A stretch of 64,000 nt of DNA, from the NCBI GenBank assembly GCA_003427395.1, contig BFEA01000039.1:4524847-4588846 (forward strand), given 5' to 3'. The stretch comes from Chara braunii. Its lineage: Eukaryota; Plantae; Charophyceae. The notes beneath the pieces were generated by a model. The model did not search any database. It was not told the DNA's origin and saw nothing but the letters and a program-made list of their open reading frames with translations. Of the stretch, positions 62,066-64,000 are shown in pieces (position 1 is the first letter of the stretch; each line of letters starts with the position of its first letter). The position numbers and the translations under genes were made by a program.

Positions 62066-63935
62066 GGCATCAACAGATCCATCAGTCATCCCGTCTGTAG
62101 ACCGCATCAAACTACCATGGCCAGTCAGAGCAATCCCATATACTTGAGACTATAACCGACTGGCAATGTGCACCGCATTGTCTTGCATGCAGTGGCAGAC
62201 ATTGATGCCCCATTGACATGAATGTATTACAAGCGGTATCCTGGTTTGATACAGTCATGATGATGGGGACTGATGGGTTCGGCGGAAGACGAACAGCTTG
62301 CACTAAACAAAACGATGTTAGAAGGTAAGTAGCTTATCACTGTAAGTTGTCTTACCTTACTGTAATTACTCCTGTCCGTGACCAGTGTTCAGTGGCAGTC
62401 TGTTGCTCCTCTTTCTTTCTGGATGACCTCTCCTGAAATGACATGTCCCAAAGTAAAGTACAAAACCTCGCCCTTAGCAAATTCACATGGCTCAGGAGGA
62501 TGGGGGGATCGTACATTTTGCCTCCTTACACGAGATGATCTTGAAAACAAGCTTCAAGCTTCAGATCCCTGTGTAAATGTATGCTTTCATTTTCGTTTGC
62601 TCGTTTGTTCGTTCGTTTGTTTGCTTGCTTGCTTGTTCAAGTACACAATCATCACGAATTTGTCTAATCCTTTGGAAATAGGTCATTCACAGCTCCGGAC
62701 ATTAGTCCAGACGCAAGATCAACAACATCTAGTACAACCCGACTTCCAGCACCTGCTCGGGCAGACGCCCCTAGGTTAAATCTGGGCCTTTAAAAGATTC
62801 CGCCAAAGTGAGAGAGAATCTGGGCCTGATATTCTTCTGGACGGGCATTCAGATGTCCACAAGTTGAATCTGCATCAGAGACGTATATCAATGGCAAAGT
62901 ATGTTATATATGCTCCATAAGCCCGTTCTACGACAGCTGTCAATAGCGGATAGAGGGATTATCCTCAAGGCCATACTTACTAGAAGAACTGATAGTTTCA
63001 CCAACAAGATAGTACACGAATGCCCGGAAAACCCCTTTTTGATGGAGTAAAAGCTGCAATACACACCGTCCAGGAGGTCCATTTTCACCCGGATCCGGAC
63101 AGCTAGTTCCAGATGGATGCAGTGGAGCCCTGGACACCTCATTGAGTGTTGGGGATGCCTCCACCCCAAGGCTGCTGCCAACCCCCTTGCCTCACACGCC
63201 TCCCTCACCTCCCCTGGCATAATCCCACTATGCCAGCGGGCAGCAAACATCCCATATTCTTTGCCGCTCTTCGCAGGCACATTGAGTCCCTGCGGCTCGC
63301 TCCTGGTCAGAAAACAGAGTCTGGAACAGGTACGACCAGTTTTTGGACCTGGGTCCGGAACTCTGTACAGGTGCGGTCCTGCCTTTTCAGAATGGATTGT
63401 TCTCTCAAAGTGGTTGGGCCGAACAAGTTCCCTAATGTCGTTGTTGCCTATGGGTTGGTCCCGGCCACTGCTGTTATGTTTATGCTACGCTAGCATGAAT
63501 GTGCCCACTTGAACGGCAAGGTTCCCGCCCCCTAAGCATGACCATAGCACCAGCCGGGCATGCCCCTGTATGGCTCCCATCCTTGGTGGTGGGCGTACAC
63601 CTCTGTTCACAAACTTGTAAGGCGCTTTAGTTCATGGCGTACTTTCACACCCTTGCTGAGGGGTTTCAATTAATCTAGTGCCAATTGCTCCTTCAAGTGC
63701 TATTTACCATATTGTTTCAACCCTTGTTCATCGTCAGGCTGTCCCATGTACGTTGATGGGGGAAACAGTGAAGCTCCAGTTCCTCCAACGTCTCATTAGA
63801 TGCACTTGAATGTTTATCGGACTTTATCCCCCTGTATATCCCTGCCTGATCCATCGAAGACATATACACTTTTGAAGTTTGAAAATCATGCAGACGTGAA
63901 CTATGCAGAGAACTCAATATGGATGTTGTGGCGAA

Positions 63936-64000
<65 letters not shown>

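Overview
Repeat-rich eukaryotic nuclear DNA from a green-plant (streptophyte) draft assembly with several N gaps. The plant-type SAM synthetase and U2/U6 sequences, plastid-derived inserts, multi-kb introns and dense (GA)n/(CA)n tracts suggest a charophyte alga such as Chara; that identity is inferred, not verified. Two host genes are supported. One is an intronless S-adenosylmethionine synthetase (20235-21452, +) whose C-terminal extension ends in a CaaX-like CLAA. The other is a spliced atypical MAPK/CMGC kinase on the - strand (10 exons reconstructed between 59814 and 32453; N-lobe exons not found) with T-K-T in place of T-x-Y. The rest is transposon debris: a dead L1-type LINE, LTR-retrotransposon remnants, tRNA-derived SINEs and several MITE families. 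Structural-RNA and organelle fragments lie mostly in the kinase introns (U6, two U2, 18S, plastid 16S, plastid psbH). The most notable signal is a dispersed family of ~260-300 nt non-coding elements carrying type III hammerhead ribozymes (49047-49102, 52790-52852, 25093-25161). The two full copies are associated with (CA)n and built as an inverted repeat whose second arm is a decayed opposite-polarity hammerhead. A Nextera mate-pair junction adapter is assembled into the sequence at 58595-58632.
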